The notes under the pieces: model-generated
The model's input: only the letters and a program-made list of their open reading frames with translations
Database searches by the model: none
What the model was told of the DNA's origin: nothing
Shown: piece after piece, positions 54,688-64,000 of the stretch
Numbering within the stretch: position 1 is the stretch's first letter
Layout: the number at the start of each line of letters is the position of its first letter
Translations under genes and position numbers: made by a program
NCBI GenBank assembly: GCA_965203515.1
Contig: OZ241907.1
Span: 192,001 to 256,000, forward strand
Direction of reading: 5' to 3'
Origin: Spirochaetia bacterium
GTDB taxonomy: Bacteria > Spirochaetota > Spirochaetia > SZUA-6 > Bin103
Length of the DNA: 64,000 nucleotides

Positions 54688-56226
54688 TCAGTACGCGCGG
54701 GCGAACACCGTATCGGCCGCGCCGCCGGCGCCCGTGAACGCGCACGCGCGCTCCGGTGCGCCGTCGCCGGCTCCCGAGCCGGCCGTGCCCAGGATGCAGC
54801 GCGGGCTCACCTTCAGTCGCTTCAGAAGCTCCTGAAACGCCGCGTCCCGCTCGGCCTCCGCGGCCATGGGGGCGACGGCGAAGCCGGAGGCCGCCTCGTC
54901 GCGGAAGTACGCCTCGAATGCCCGCAGGTCGTCGACCCGTTCGGTATGGGCGTCCCGGAACGCGCGCGCCCGCTCCAGCAGCCCGTCCTGCATCCGGCCG
55001 AGCACCGCCGGCGCTTCGGCGGCGAAGCGCTCGCGCGGCAGCGATTGCCGATCGCGCGGCGCCTGGTCGCGGCGCGCCACCGACACCACCCCGGAGGCGA
55101 GGTCGCGCGGGCCGATCTCGACCCGGATCGGCACGCCGCGCTTGACGTGGTGCCAATTCTTCTCGCCGCCGCGCAGGTCGCGGTCGTCGACCGACACCCG
55201 CAACGGCTCGCCGGCGTAGGTCGCCTGCGTCAACTCGCGCTTGAGCGAATCGCAGGCGCCCAGCACCGCGGTCCGCTGCCCGGCGTCCTTGTAGATCGGC
55301 AGGATCACCACCTGATGCGGCGCCAGCCGCGGCGGCAGCACCGCTCCGTCGTCGTCGCCGTGGGTCATGATCAGCCCGCCGACCAAGCGCGTGGAAACCC
55401 CCCAGGAGGTGGTCCAGGCATGGACCAGCGCGCCGTCGCGGTCGCTGAAGGTGATGCCGCACGCCTTGGCGAAGTTCTGCCCCAGGAAGTGCGAGGTGCC
55501 GGCCTGCAGCGCCTTGCGGTCCTGCATCATCGCCTCGATGGCGTAGGTGTCGACCGCCCCCGGAAAGCGCTCGCCGGCGCTCTTCTCGCCGCGCAGCACC
55601 GGCATCGCCATGTAGCGCTCCGCGAACTCGGCGTATACGTCGAGCATGCGTAGCGTCTCTTCGACCGCCTCCTCGGCGGTGGCGTGCACGGTGTGCCCCT
55701 CCTGCCACAGGAACTCGGCGGTGCGCAGGAACAGGCGCGGGCGCATCTCCCAGCGCACCACGTTGGCCCACTGATTGATCAGGATCGGCAGGTCGCGGTA
55801 GGACTGCACCCACTTCGCGTACATCTCGCCGATGATCGTCTCGCTGGTGGGCCGCACCACGTACGGCTCGTCGAGCTCGCCGGCGGGGACCAGGCGGCCG
55901 TCCGGCCCGGCCTCCAGCCGATGGTGGGTCACCACCGCGCACTCCTTGGCGAACCCCTCGACGTGCTCGGCCTCGCGCTCCAGATAGCGCAGCGGGATGA
56001 ACAGCGGAAAGTAGGCGTTGGTGTGGCCGGTCTCCTTGAACATCCCGTCGAGCGCGCGTTGCATGTGCTCCCACAGCGCGTAGCCCCACGGCTTGATGAC
56101 CATGCAGCCGCGCACCGGCGACAGCTCCGCCAGGTCGGCGGCGCGCACCACCTGCTGGTACCATTCGGCGTAATTCTCGGCGCGGGTCGGCGAGATCGCC
56201 GTCCGCGCGGCTTTTCCCTTGGCCAT
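54688..56226 (-). CDS. proS: Proline--tRNA ligase, eukaryote/archaeal-like type (no INS editing domain)
   Basis: [52 protein letters not shown]-terminal FARAY. Confidence 0.97.
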   Translation of the reverse strand: MAKGKAARTAISPTRAENYAEWYQQVVRAADLAELSPVRGCMVIKPWGYALWEHMQRALDGMFKETGHTNAYFPLFIPLRYLEREAEHVEGFAKECAVVTHHRLEAGPDGRLVPAGELDEPYVVRPTSETIIGEMYAKWVQSYRDLPILINQWANVVRWEMRPRLFLRTAEFLWQEGHTVHATAEEAVEETLRMLDVYAEFAERYMAMPVLRGEKSAGERFPGAVDTYAIEAMMQDRKALQAGTSHFLGQNFAKACGITFSDRDGALVHAWTTSWGVSTRLVGGLIMTHGDDDGAVLPPRLAPHQVVILPIYKDAGQRTAVLGACDSLKRELTQATYAGEPLRVSVDDRDLRGGEKNWHHVKRGVPIRVEIGPRDLASGVVSVARRDQAPRDRQSLPRERFAAEAPAVLGRMQDGLLERARAFRDAHTERVDDLRAFEAYFRDEAASGFAVAPMAAEAERDAAFQELLKRLKVSPRCILGTAGSGAGDGAPERACAFTGAGGAADTVFARAY

Positions 56227-56360
56227 GATCGGTTACGGAACCGTACCCGCTTGACGCTGGAATAAAAAGGCCGGGCCGGCGATGCTGTAGTCGAGCCGAC
56301 GGATAGCTGGCCCGCCAGGGCCACAGCGCGGTCAGGATCGCAAACCGGGGAGGAGACGCC

Positions 56361-57614
56361 ATGAGCGCAGGAAACGGAGCGCCGGGAAACGGCATGGCCG
56401 CCGACATCGATCGCGAGCGGTTTCTCCGCGACGGGTACCTGATCGTCCCGGAGGTGATCGATCCGGCGCGGCTTGCGGAGGTGCGCCGCGCGTACGAGAC
56501 GCTGGTGGAGCGCCAGCGGGCGGTCTGGGCCGTGCAGCGCGGACCGGACGATCCGCCCGGCGGCGAGTGGGAGACCGCGCGCCAGCCGCGCCTGCACCTG
56601 TCGCGCGAGCTCGGCGCGCAGATCGACGCGCGCTGCGCCGCGGCGGTCGAGGTGTGGACCGGCGACCGGCTGCGCGCCGTAGCGAACCGGCTGCTGGACG
56701 TCGAGGACGCCGGCGCCACCGAGCTGATGATGATGTGCAGCCCGGTCCGCGACCGCGGACCGGCCAACTGGCACCGCGACATCCATCCGATCGACACCGC
56801 GCCCCTGCGCGGCTACATCGACGACATCGTCGAGAACGGGCCGGCCTACATCCAGTGGAACATCCCGCTCTACGACGACGACGTGCTGTGGGTCATGCCC
56901 GGCACGCATGTGCGCGTCAACACCGACCGGGAGAACCGGCTGCTGCTGGAAGACGACCGGCGGCCGCTGCCGGGCGCCGTGCAGACCCGTCTGCGCGGCG
57001 GCGACGGCGTGGTCTACATCACGCCGATCCTGCACTGGGGCAGCAACTACAGCGCCAGGCTGCGCCGCACCGTGCACGGCGGCTTCTCGCCGTTCGCCAT
57101 GCGTGAGGACGATCGGTTCGTGCCGCACCTCAAGCCCGCCGCGCAGCAGGTCTTTCGCGGCTGGCAGCGCGCGTGCGCGGTCAAGAGGGACCGGACCGAA
57201 GCGGCGCTGCGCGCGGCGCTGGCCGGCGACGCCGCCGCCTACGATCGGGCGCTGGCGGCGCTGCGTCCGGGGGCAGGGGAGCGGGGCAAGCTGCTGCTCA
57301 CGGTGTTCCTGACCAAGGCGGCGCTGTTCATCCGCCTGCGCAAGCGCCCGGAGCTGCGGTCGACCGTCCCGGAGCGGATCGCCGTCTCCGCCGACGCGCA
57401 CCATCCGATCACGCTCAACTGGGGGCCGCAGTTCGCCGAACGGTTTACCGCGCCGGAGGCCGATCTGCTGTGGCAACGGTTCGCGCCGATGGAACGGCGG
57501 CTCACCGGCGACCGGGACGGTTTCATGCCCGGCTTTCAGGCCGAGCGCATGCGTCACTCGTTCGTGGAGATGCCGGCCGGCTTCGGCGTGGCCGAGCTCA
57601 CCGCCGCCTGGTAG
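56361..57614 (+). CDS. PhyH-family Fe(II)/2OG dioxygenase with C-terminal helical extension
   Basis: [14 protein letters not shown] (HxD), [26 protein letters not shown] ggagga. Confidence 0.8.
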   Translation: MSAGNGAPGNGMAADIDRERFLRDGYLIVPEVIDPARLAEVRRAYETLVERQRAVWAVQRGPDDPPGGEWETARQPRLHLSRELGAQIDARCAAAVEVWTGDRLRAVANRLLDVEDAGATELMMMCSPVRDRGPANWHRDIHPIDTAPLRGYIDDIVENGPAYIQWNIPLYDDDVLWVMPGTHVRVNTDRENRLLLEDDRRPLPGAVQTRLRGGDGVVYITPILHWGSNYSARLRRTVHGGFSPFAMREDDRFVPHLKPAAQQVFRGWQRACAVKRDRTEAALRAALAGDAAAYDRALAALRPGAGERGKLLLTVFLTKAALFIRLRKRPELRSTVPERIAVSADAHHPITLNWGPQFAERFTAPEADLLWQRFAPMERRLTGDRDGFMPGFQAERMRHSFVEMPAGFGVAELTAAW

Positions 57615-57717
57615 GAGTCCGCGGCCGTCTCAGCAATTTGGAAGCGCGAATTCAGGAATTTGCTGATGTCCGCGCGGTCGATCCTCTGGTCAACTTGAAT
57701 CGTATGGAGGTACTTCG

Positions 57718-58476
57718 ATGACGACGAGACGCATGAAGGTATTGGCGGTCGCGACCGCAGCAATGCTGGCGATCGGCACGCCGCTGACCGCGCAGAGCGG
57801 TGATCCGGCCGGCGTGATCGTGATGAAGGTGGTGCCGGAGAGCGCGGCCGAGGCGGCGGGCTTGCAGATCGGCGACCGGATCACCGCCGTCGGCGGCCAA
57901 GTGTTGGACGGAGCTGCCGGGCAACGGCCGCCCGGTGCAATGGCACTGCGACCACGTCAGCGGGTGCAGATCATCGCGGCAGGCTTGCAGACCGGCGACT
58001 TCATCACCGTCGTCGGCGGCCGGGTGTTGGGCGGAGCTGCCGGTCAGCTGGTGGAGACCATCGGCGACCATGCGCCCGGCGACGAGGTGAGCATCGCCTA
58101 TGATCGCGACGGGAAGGAGATGACGGCCGCCGTCAGCCTGGGTGAGCACCCGGAGAGCGGGGCGGCGGTGATGGGCATCCGCTATCAGCCGCGGCCGACG
58201 ATCGACGACGTGCGCTGCGTGCACCAACTGTTCGACGACGCGCGGGAGCGCTTCGCCCAGCGCGCGTCAGCGTCCTCCTCCCGCATCTCGCCGTTCTTGG
58301 TCACGGAGGAGATGATGTTCGTCGACGACAAGTGGCTGGTCGACGACGTGCTGGAGCGTTTGCGCGAGATGCGCCGGTGGGGCGGCCGCGCAGATGCCGA
58401 CAAGGACATGGGCGGCGACCAGAACATGGGCGATGGGACATGGACGCCGCCGGCGTCATGCAAGCCGATTCCGTGA
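57718..58476 (+). CDS. Exported PDZ-domain protein with internally duplicated PDZ segment
   Basis: Signal peptide, VVPESAAEAAGLQIGDRITAVGG and AAGLQTGDFITVVGG, PGDEVSIAYDRDGK; SD ggagg. Confidence 0.75.
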   Translation: MTTRRMKVLAVATAAMLAIGTPLTAQSGDPAGVIVMKVVPESAAEAAGLQIGDRITAVGGQVLDGAAGQRPPGAMALRPRQRVQIIAAGLQTGDFITVVGGRVLGGAAGQLVETIGDHAPGDEVSIAYDRDGKEMTAAVSLGEHPESGAAVMGIRYQPRPTIDDVRCVHQLFDDARERFAQRASASSSRISPFLVTEEMMFVDDKWLVDDVLERLREMRRWGGRADADKDMGGDQNMGDGTWTPPASCKPIP

Positions 58477-58884
58477 CCCCGACGTGATCGATCTGCAGCA
58501 GGTGTTGGGAGCCGCAGCGGCGCCCGCTGGCGCGGTCCACGTAGCTGCATCGTCCCCGGTCGCGCGCCAGACCGCGCGCTTGACCGCCGCAGGGATGGCT
58601 CGGCCGATCCCGCCATCCGCCTTCGCTGCCGAAGTTTCGGCCCGCGGCGACGGCTTCGCGGAAGCCGCCGCCTGCCGGCCGAGGCGCAGTGTCGTCGTCT
58701 TCGCTGCCGAAGCGTGGCGGTACCACTCCCCGGGTTATCGATCGTCCCGACGCTACGCCGCCTTGCAGCACCGCGGTGCTGCTACCGGCAAGAAACGAAC
58801 CTTCCGCGAGGTAGTGCGGCTGCTGCGAGCGTAGGCGGCCTTGCTGACGCGGATGATCTGGCGCGCAGAGCGCCGTCCGACGGA

Positions 58885-60123
58885 CTAGCGGTCGCCGGCG
58901 AGCGCGGTCAGAATCCCCTGCCGCGTGAGGAAGCCCAGGAAGCGGTTGCCGTCGTCGAGCACGGCGACCGGCACGTCGCTGTCGGCCGACAGCGGCAGTA
59001 TCTGGTGGAGCGTCTGGCTGGCCTGGGCGGTCGGGGCGCTGTTGCGTACGATGCCGCTCAGGCCTCGGTCGCTGCGGGCGATCGCCGCGGCCACGTCGTC
59101 GACCCGGCACCAACCCCGGTAGGCGCCGTCGGCGTCGGTCACGAAGCCGATCCGCTGTCCCGCATCCCGCATCGCCGCCAGGGCGCTCCGCGGGGCGGTG
59201 TCGAGTTGCAGGGGAGCGGCCGTGTCGAGCACGGCGCCGGCGGTGATCACCCGCGCGCGGTTGACGTCGCTCACGAAGTCCGCGACGTAATCGTCGGCCG
59301 GGTTGGTGATGATGTCGATCGGGGTGCCGACCTGCACCAGCTTGCCGTCCTTGAGGATGGCGATGTGGTCGCCGAGCCGCAGCGCCTCATCCAGATCGTG
59401 GGTGATGAACACGATCGTCTTGCGCAGGTCGCGCTGCAACCGGATCAGCTCCTCCTGCATTTCCCGACGGATCAGCGGGTCCAGGGCGCTGAACGGCTCG
59501 TCCATCAGCAGGACCTCCGGGTCGGTGCAGAGCGCCCGCGCCAGACCGACGCGCTGTTGCATGCCTCCGGAGAGCTGACGCGGCCGCTGACGCTCGTAGC
59601 CCTGCAGGCCGACGACTTCGAGCCACCGCTTGGCGCGCTCCAGCCGGTCCTCCTTGGGTACGCCGCGGACCCGCAGGCCGTACGCGACGTTCTGAATCAC
59701 GCTGCGATGCGGCAGCAGGCCGAAGCTCTGGAACACCATGCTCATCTTGGTGCGCCGCACGGCCGTGATCTCGGCCGGGCCGAGTTCCGCGAGGTTGACG
59801 CCGCCGACCATCACCTTGCCGGCCGTGGGATCGATCAGCCGGTTCACGCAACGGACGAAGGTCGACTTGCCGCTGCCGGACAGCCCCATCACCACGAAGG
59901 TCTCCGCGCCCTTGATGCGCAGGTTCACGTCGTCCAGGCCGACCGTATGGCCGGTGCGCTTCAGGATGTCATCCTTGCTCACGCCCGCCTCGACCTGCGC
60001 CATCACCTCCTGCGGACGTGGCCCGAAGACCTTGTACAGGTGGGTTACTTCGATGTCGCTGGGGGAGCCGCCGCCGTCGCCTGCATCGCCCATATCGCTA
60101 CCCCTCGCCGCGGTCGCCGGCAT
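58885..60123 (-). CDS. proV: Glycine betaine/proline ABC transporter ATPase with CBS domains (start 60123 or 60093)
   Basis: MGLSGSGKST, LSGGMQQRVGLARAL, MDEPFSALDPLIR, ITHDLDEA, CBS pair. Confidence 0.93.
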   Translation of the reverse strand: MPATAARGSDMGDAGDGGGSPSDIEVTHLYKVFGPRPQEVMAQVEAGVSKDDILKRTGHTVGLDDVNLRIKGAETFVVMGLSGSGKSTFVRCVNRLIDPTAGKVMVGGVNLAELGPAEITAVRRTKMSMVFQSFGLLPHRSVIQNVAYGLRVRGVPKEDRLERAKRWLEVVGLQGYERQRPRQLSGGMQQRVGLARALCTDPEVLLMDEPFSALDPLIRREMQEELIRLQRDLRKTIVFITHDLDEALRLGDHIAILKDGKLVQVGTPIDIITNPADDYVADFVSDVNRARVITAGAVLDTAAPLQLDTAPRSALAAMRDAGQRIGFVTDADGAYRGWCRVDDVAAAIARSDRGLSGIVRNSAPTAQASQTLHQILPLSADSDVPVAVLDDGNRFLGFLTRQGILTALAGDR

Positions 60124-61046
60124 CAGATCACCTGACCCGGCGTTACCGCCGTCGTGGGGTCAAGACGGGCGCCGAACGCCCTGGTGATGCGATCGAAGAC
60201 GATCGCCAAGACCAGGATCGACAAGCCCGCTTCCAGTCCCATGCCGACGTCGGCGTTCTGCACGCCGCGCAGCACCTGCCGGCCCAGGCCGCGCGCGCCG
60301 ATCATGGAGGTGATCACCACCATCGACAGGGCCAGCATGATCGTCTGGTTGACGCCGCCCATGATGTTGGGCATCGCCAACGGCACGCGCACGCCCCACA
60401 GGATCTGACGGCCGGTAGCGCCGAACGCTTCCGCCGCTTCGACCACGGAGCGGTCGACGAGCCGAATGCCCAAGTTGGTGAGTCGGACGACTGGCGGGAC
60501 GGCGAACACCAGGATCGCGAAGACCGCGCCAACGTTGCCAAGTCCAAAGAAGTAGATGAAAGGGATGAGATAGACGAACGACGGCAGGGTCTGCATCGCG
60601 TCCAGGATCGGGTTGGCCACCGACCGGACCCACCGGCTGGTGGCCATCAGGATGCCTAACGGTATGCCGATGACCACGGAGAGGGCGACGGAGATGAACA
60701 GCATCGACAGGGTCCGCATCGCCTCATCCCAGAGGTTCATCATGCCGATGAAGACCAGCGCGGCCGCCAGCCCCAGAGCGAGCAGCGCGCTGTTCGCCGC
60801 CCGCCACGCGATCAGGCAGATCGCGGCCGCGACCAGCCACCAGGGCAACGCCAGCAGCGACAGCTCCACCTGTCGCAACACCAGCAGCATCACGTCGCTG
60901 ATGGAGTCGAACACGGTGCCGAAATTCCGTACCAGAAATCTCAGAACTTCGTTGGTCCATTCCCGGATCGGGATCTGGCACCCCTCCGGGAACTCGGTGA
61001 GAACTCGGCCAAGACTGCCGGCGCACTCGCGAAGCCAATCACCCAT
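60123..61046 (-). CDS. proW: Glycine betaine/proline ABC transporter permease
   Basis: PILDAMQTLPSFVYLIP, RLTNLGIR, EAAEAFGAT (EAA loop), GVNQTIMLALSMVV. Confidence 0.93.
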   Translation of the reverse strand: MGDWLRECAGSLGRVLTEFPEGCQIPIREWTNEVLRFLVRNFGTVFDSISDVMLLVLRQVELSLLALPWWLVAAAICLIAWRAANSALLALGLAAALVFIGMMNLWDEAMRTLSMLFISVALSVVIGIPLGILMATSRWVRSVANPILDAMQTLPSFVYLIPFIYFFGLGNVGAVFAILVFAVPPVVRLTNLGIRLVDRSVVEAAEAFGATGRQILWGVRVPLAMPNIMGGVNQTIMLALSMVVITSMIGARGLGRQVLRGVQNADVGMGLEAGLSILVLAIVFDRITRAFGARLDPTTAVTPGQVI

Positions 61047-61151
61047 GATGCTGTGCTGCTTGGTGGTCCCGGGGTCTCATGCGCCCGGCTCAGGGGCGGA
61101 GCAGAGCGCCCCGCCCCGAACCGGAACCCGCGGGTCGCGGGACTGCTCGCG

Positions 61152-62204
61152 CTAGTTGAGCGAAGCCCGGACCCGGTCCGCTACCGCGTCCGACACCCAC
61201 TCCGTCCACACGTCGGCATGCGTGGCCAGGAACTCGCGTGCGACGTCCGGCCACTCCGAGTCGGTCTCCGACTGGTGGGCCAGATAGAAGTTGATCAAGT
61301 CGAGTTCGACCTCGTAGGCGCGCAGGAAGTCGATCATCTCGTCCGAGGCGCTGTCCTCGAAGTCCTTGCTGATCGCAACATTGACGATCGAGGGCCGGAA
61401 CGCGCAGCCGCGGTCGCCGTCCCAGCACTCCTGCGACCACGCCGGCTCTTCGAGCTGAATCATCGGGTAGAGGCCCAGGATCGTGGTCGGCGCCCAGTAG
61501 TAGCCGAGCCACGCTTCTCCCTTCTCATAGGCGCCGACGATCGACGCGTCCAGCGCCGGAGCGGCGCCGGGGCGGAAGTTGGTGAAGTGCTCTTCCAGGT
61601 CGTACGCGGCCAGCTTCTTGTTGTTGGTCAGCTCGCACTGCCAGCCGACGATGCAGTTGTAATAGCGCCCCTTGTCCGGCTCCTCCGGGTCCCGGAACAG
61701 CTCCTTGTACTTGGGCAGATCGTCCACCGACTTGAGATCCGGCGCCATCGGTTCGATGCCGCGTTCCGCATCACCTTCGATGACGTAGCGCGGTACCAGG
61801 AACGACATTTCGCCGGCGTTCATGTTCAAGCCCAGGTCGATCACGTCGCCGGCCTCGGTCGCTTCGCGGTAGATGTCCGGAGCGGTGTTGAACCAGATCT
61901 CCATGTTGATGTCGATGTCGCCGCGGACGAGGCCCTGGACCATCGGGACGGTGGAGCCCGGAATGTCGGTGTACTCGCAGCCGAACCCTGCTTGCAGGAT
62001 CTGGCCGGCGATGTGGTTGTGAAGCTGCGCGCTTCCCCAGTCCAGACCGGCGAACACCACCTCGCGGTCGATGCCGCCGCAATCATGTCCGTCGGCAACT
62101 GCGATCGGCGCCGCCAGGGCAATGCCGATCAGGGCGATGAGGAGCCGGCGCGCCGGCCCTCTACGGGCGAAGCTTTCGTTTGAGTCAGCTGTGGAAGTAG
62201 CCAT
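61152..62204 (-). CDS. proX: Glycine betaine ABC transporter substrate-binding protein
   Basis: Signal peptide, LDWGSA, GDIDINMEIW, CIVGWQCE, YYWAPT aromatic-cage-type residues; operon with proWV. Confidence 0.88.
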   Translation of the reverse strand: MATSTADSNESFARRGPARRLLIALIGIALAAPIAVADGHDCGGIDREVVFAGLDWGSAQLHNHIAGQILQAGFGCEYTDIPGSTVPMVQGLVRGDIDINMEIWFNTAPDIYREATEAGDVIDLGLNMNAGEMSFLVPRYVIEGDAERGIEPMAPDLKSVDDLPKYKELFRDPEEPDKGRYYNCIVGWQCELTNNKKLAAYDLEEHFTNFRPGAAPALDASIVGAYEKGEAWLGYYWAPTTILGLYPMIQLEEPAWSQECWDGDRGCAFRPSIVNVAISKDFEDSASDEMIDFLRAYEVELDLINFYLAHQSETDSEWPDVAREFLATHADVWTEWVSDAVADRVRASLN

Positions 62205-62288
62205 AACGCCGGCCATGGTGGCACAGTCCGCCAAGCGGCGCAACCTGCGGGCCGGCCGATGACGGCGCGCGGTGCTATGGTGCGTCCC

Positions 62289-63320
62289 ATGGCCCCGGAG
62301 AGGAGCGCGGCCGACCGCATCGACGCATCGCGCCGGCCGGCCGCGGAGGCGGTCTGCGACCGCGTGATCGGCCGCGTGCGGGATGCGCGCTACGTGCCGC
62401 CGGAAGCGCTGTGGGCCGAGAGCACCGCCTACCGGGCGGAGCTGGCCGCCACGCTGGCGATCGCCGGCCGACTGCTCGACCGCCGGCGCTGCATCGACAC
62501 GGCGGAGGCGATGCTGGAGCGGCTGCTCGCCGAACGGGTCGACGGCTCGCTCTGGTCGGTGGGGCGCTGGTGCGAGTTCCCGGTCTACCGCGGCCTGCCG
62601 CTCGACTGGCGGGAGGAGTCGGCCCGCCCGGACACCACCTACACCAATCCGATCGTCGTCTACTGCCTGGGCGTCTACCACCGCATCACCGGCGACGGCC
62701 GGTTCGCCGCCAGCGTCCGCACCTCGCTCGGTCGCATGCTGGCCGACGGCGCCTGGTTCGGAGAGCCGGCCGCGCTCCATCACATGACCCCGGAATGGGT
62801 GGCGCTGGCGTGCTTCCTGTGGCGGGAGACCTTCCCGGAGTACTGGCAGGCGGCGCGCCCGATCGTCTCCTGGGTGCGCGACGACCTGGTGCGGGGGGCG
62901 CCGCGCGACTTTCCGTTCTTCACCGCCGTGCGTCTGCACCTGCTGCTGGCCGCCACCGGCACCCGGCACCTGCGGGACGTGATCGCGCCGGCGATCGACG
63001 CCCTGCTGGCCGCCGGCTCGCGGCGGTTCGCGCACGACCGCCGCGACTTCCGCCACCTGGCGGAGGATGCCGAACACGTCGACGTCCGCGCCAACGGCGC
63101 GCTCGCCGTGACGATGCGCCTGTTCGACCTGGCCGCCGGGGAGCGGGTCTACACCGGCACCGATCTGTACCGGCATCTGGCCGGCTGGATGGACGCGATG
63201 CGCGACCCGGACGGCGCCTGCTACGGGTGCCGCGACATCGGCACCGGCCGGCGGTTCTGCCTCGGCTCGCCGCCGCATTACATCCAGCTCTGGTGGATGC
63301 TCGGCGGCTTCTACCCCTGA
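62289..63320 (+). CDS. Hypothetical helical protein (possibly (alpha/alpha) toroid, six-hairpin-glycosidase-like)
   Basis: Long ORF with GC3-biased codons; YHRITGDGRF and MRDPDGACY segments resemble toroid repeats; extended -10 7 nt before ATG 62289. Confidence 0.55.
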   Translation: MAPERSAADRIDASRRPAAEAVCDRVIGRVRDARYVPPEALWAESTAYRAELAATLAIAGRLLDRRRCIDTAEAMLERLLAERVDGSLWSVGRWCEFPVYRGLPLDWREESARPDTTYTNPIVVYCLGVYHRITGDGRFAASVRTSLGRMLADGAWFGEPAALHHMTPEWVALACFLWRETFPEYWQAARPIVSWVRDDLVRGAPRDFPFFTAVRLHLLLAATGTRHLRDVIAPAIDALLAAGSRRFAHDRRDFRHLAEDAEHVDVRANGALAVTMRLFDLAAGERVYTGTDLYRHLAGWMDAMRDPDGACYGCRDIGTGRRFCLGSPPHYIQLWWMLGGFYP

Positions 63321-64000
63321 CCGCGGCCGGCTCCCGCCGCGGTCCCTGACCCGGCCCCGGCGCCGGCATCGAGTCCGAACAGGCGGGCGGCGTTGCCGCC
63401 CAGGATCGACGCCTGCTCGTCGGCCGACAGGAAGTCGCAGTGCACGCGGATGAAGTCGAGCGATTGCCGGTAGGTGCACCACTGCGCCATCCCGTACGGG
63501 CTGTCGCTGCCCCACAGCAGCGACTCCGCGCCGACGCGGTCGCGCAGCTCGCGCAGCAGCCGCTGGCCTGCGGGATACGGGTAGTCCGGCCACTTGGCCG
63601 GCATCAGCAGCTCGGCGTGCACCTGCGGGCGGTCGAGCACGCGCAGCAGCTCCTCCGGCACGCCGATGTCGTGGATGATCGCGGCCGGCACCAGACCGTG
63701 CGTGATCACGCACGGCACCTGCGGATGCCGCCGGGTCCACTCGTCGAGCTCGGCGACGCGGCGCATGAACAGGCCGACCCGGTCGAGCGCGCGGTCGTCC
63801 AGGAACCAGAAGACGGGAAGCCCCCGCTCCTCGACCAGCCGCCAGAGGCGGTCGAACGCGCGGTCGTTGAGGGAGCGGTCGATCCGCATGACCGACAGCG
63901 GCTCGACGCTGAAGTAGAGACCGCGCATGCCCAAATCGTCGAAGCCGGCCCGCAGGCGGGCCAGCCGGTCGGCGTCCGCGGCGTCGGGCTCCCAGATCTG
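63311..64000 (-). CDS. Amidohydrolase_2 family protein (5' end outside window)
   Basis: Frame open to window edge; GMRGL, VITHG, LLWGSDSPY, ILGGNAARLF. Confidence 0.85.
   Translation of the reverse strand, partial: QIWEPDAADADRLARLRAGFDDLGMRGLYFSVEPLSVMRIDRSLNDRAFDRLWRLVEERGLPVFWFLDDRALDRVGLFMRRVAELDEWTRRHPQVPCVITHGLVPAAIIHDIGVPEELLRVLDRPQVHAELLMPAKWPDYPYPAGQRLLRELRDRVGAESLLWGSDSPYGMAQWCTYRQSLDFIRVHCDFLSADEQASILGGNAARLFGLDAGAGAGSGTAAGAGRGQG

Noticed and set aside
54092..56797. 901-aa ORF suggesting a large CoxS fusion
   Set aside because: Only the last 158 codons are CoxS (own SD and ATG at 54568); the rest is an alternative frame over proS
58394..58834. 146-aa ORF as a real gene
   Set aside because: Overlaps the PDZ gene end, has no recognisable motif and atypical codon use; the region is reported as unexplained instead
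61152..63740. 862-aa ORF suggesting a giant ProX
   Set aside because: The binding protein begins near 62204 with its own signal peptide; the upstream part is antisense to the 62289-63320 gene

Overview
High-GC bacterial chromosomal segment, inferred to be from a spirochaete. The evidence is a TP0733-like OM barrel, a large spirochaete-type LptD, a pallilysin-related-like lipoprotein and DnaJ-TPR/PPIase/nusB synteny, all recognised from memory and not from a database search. Positions 1-32.7 kb are core genome: uvrA end, lptD, phoH, ybeY, CBS/CorC, pgk-tpiA-secG, a complete F1Fo ATP synthase operon (atpBEFHAGDC), envelope proteins, nusB, map, htrA, purB, guaA and tRNA-Gln(CTG). Positions 32.8-64 kb are accessory-rich: an EndoQ-UvrD fusion coupled to a PhyH dioxygenase, a nucleoside deoxyribosyltransferase and a DUF6807/PmoA-like gene; a 5'-truncated hipA abutting a Type III R-M pair whose Mod core is low-GC; form II coxSLM; eukaryote/archaeal-type proS; and a glycine-betaine ABC transporter. 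Five observations stand out. (1) The F-type ATPase looks Chloroflexota-like and is joined to secG by an 18-bp tandem repeat that encodes a 48-codon ORF overlapping both neighbours via GTGA. (2) Pgk carries a perfect (GVAVP)9 elastin-like insertion. (3) In-frame 15/18-bp tandem duplications recur across the window. (4) Many genes have -10 boxes 5-10 nt from the start codon, suggesting leaderless or short-leader mRNAs. (5) The EndoQ-UvrD/PhyH/NDT operon is a possible modified-base handling unit. No CRISPR array, rRNA, integrase or transposase was seen.
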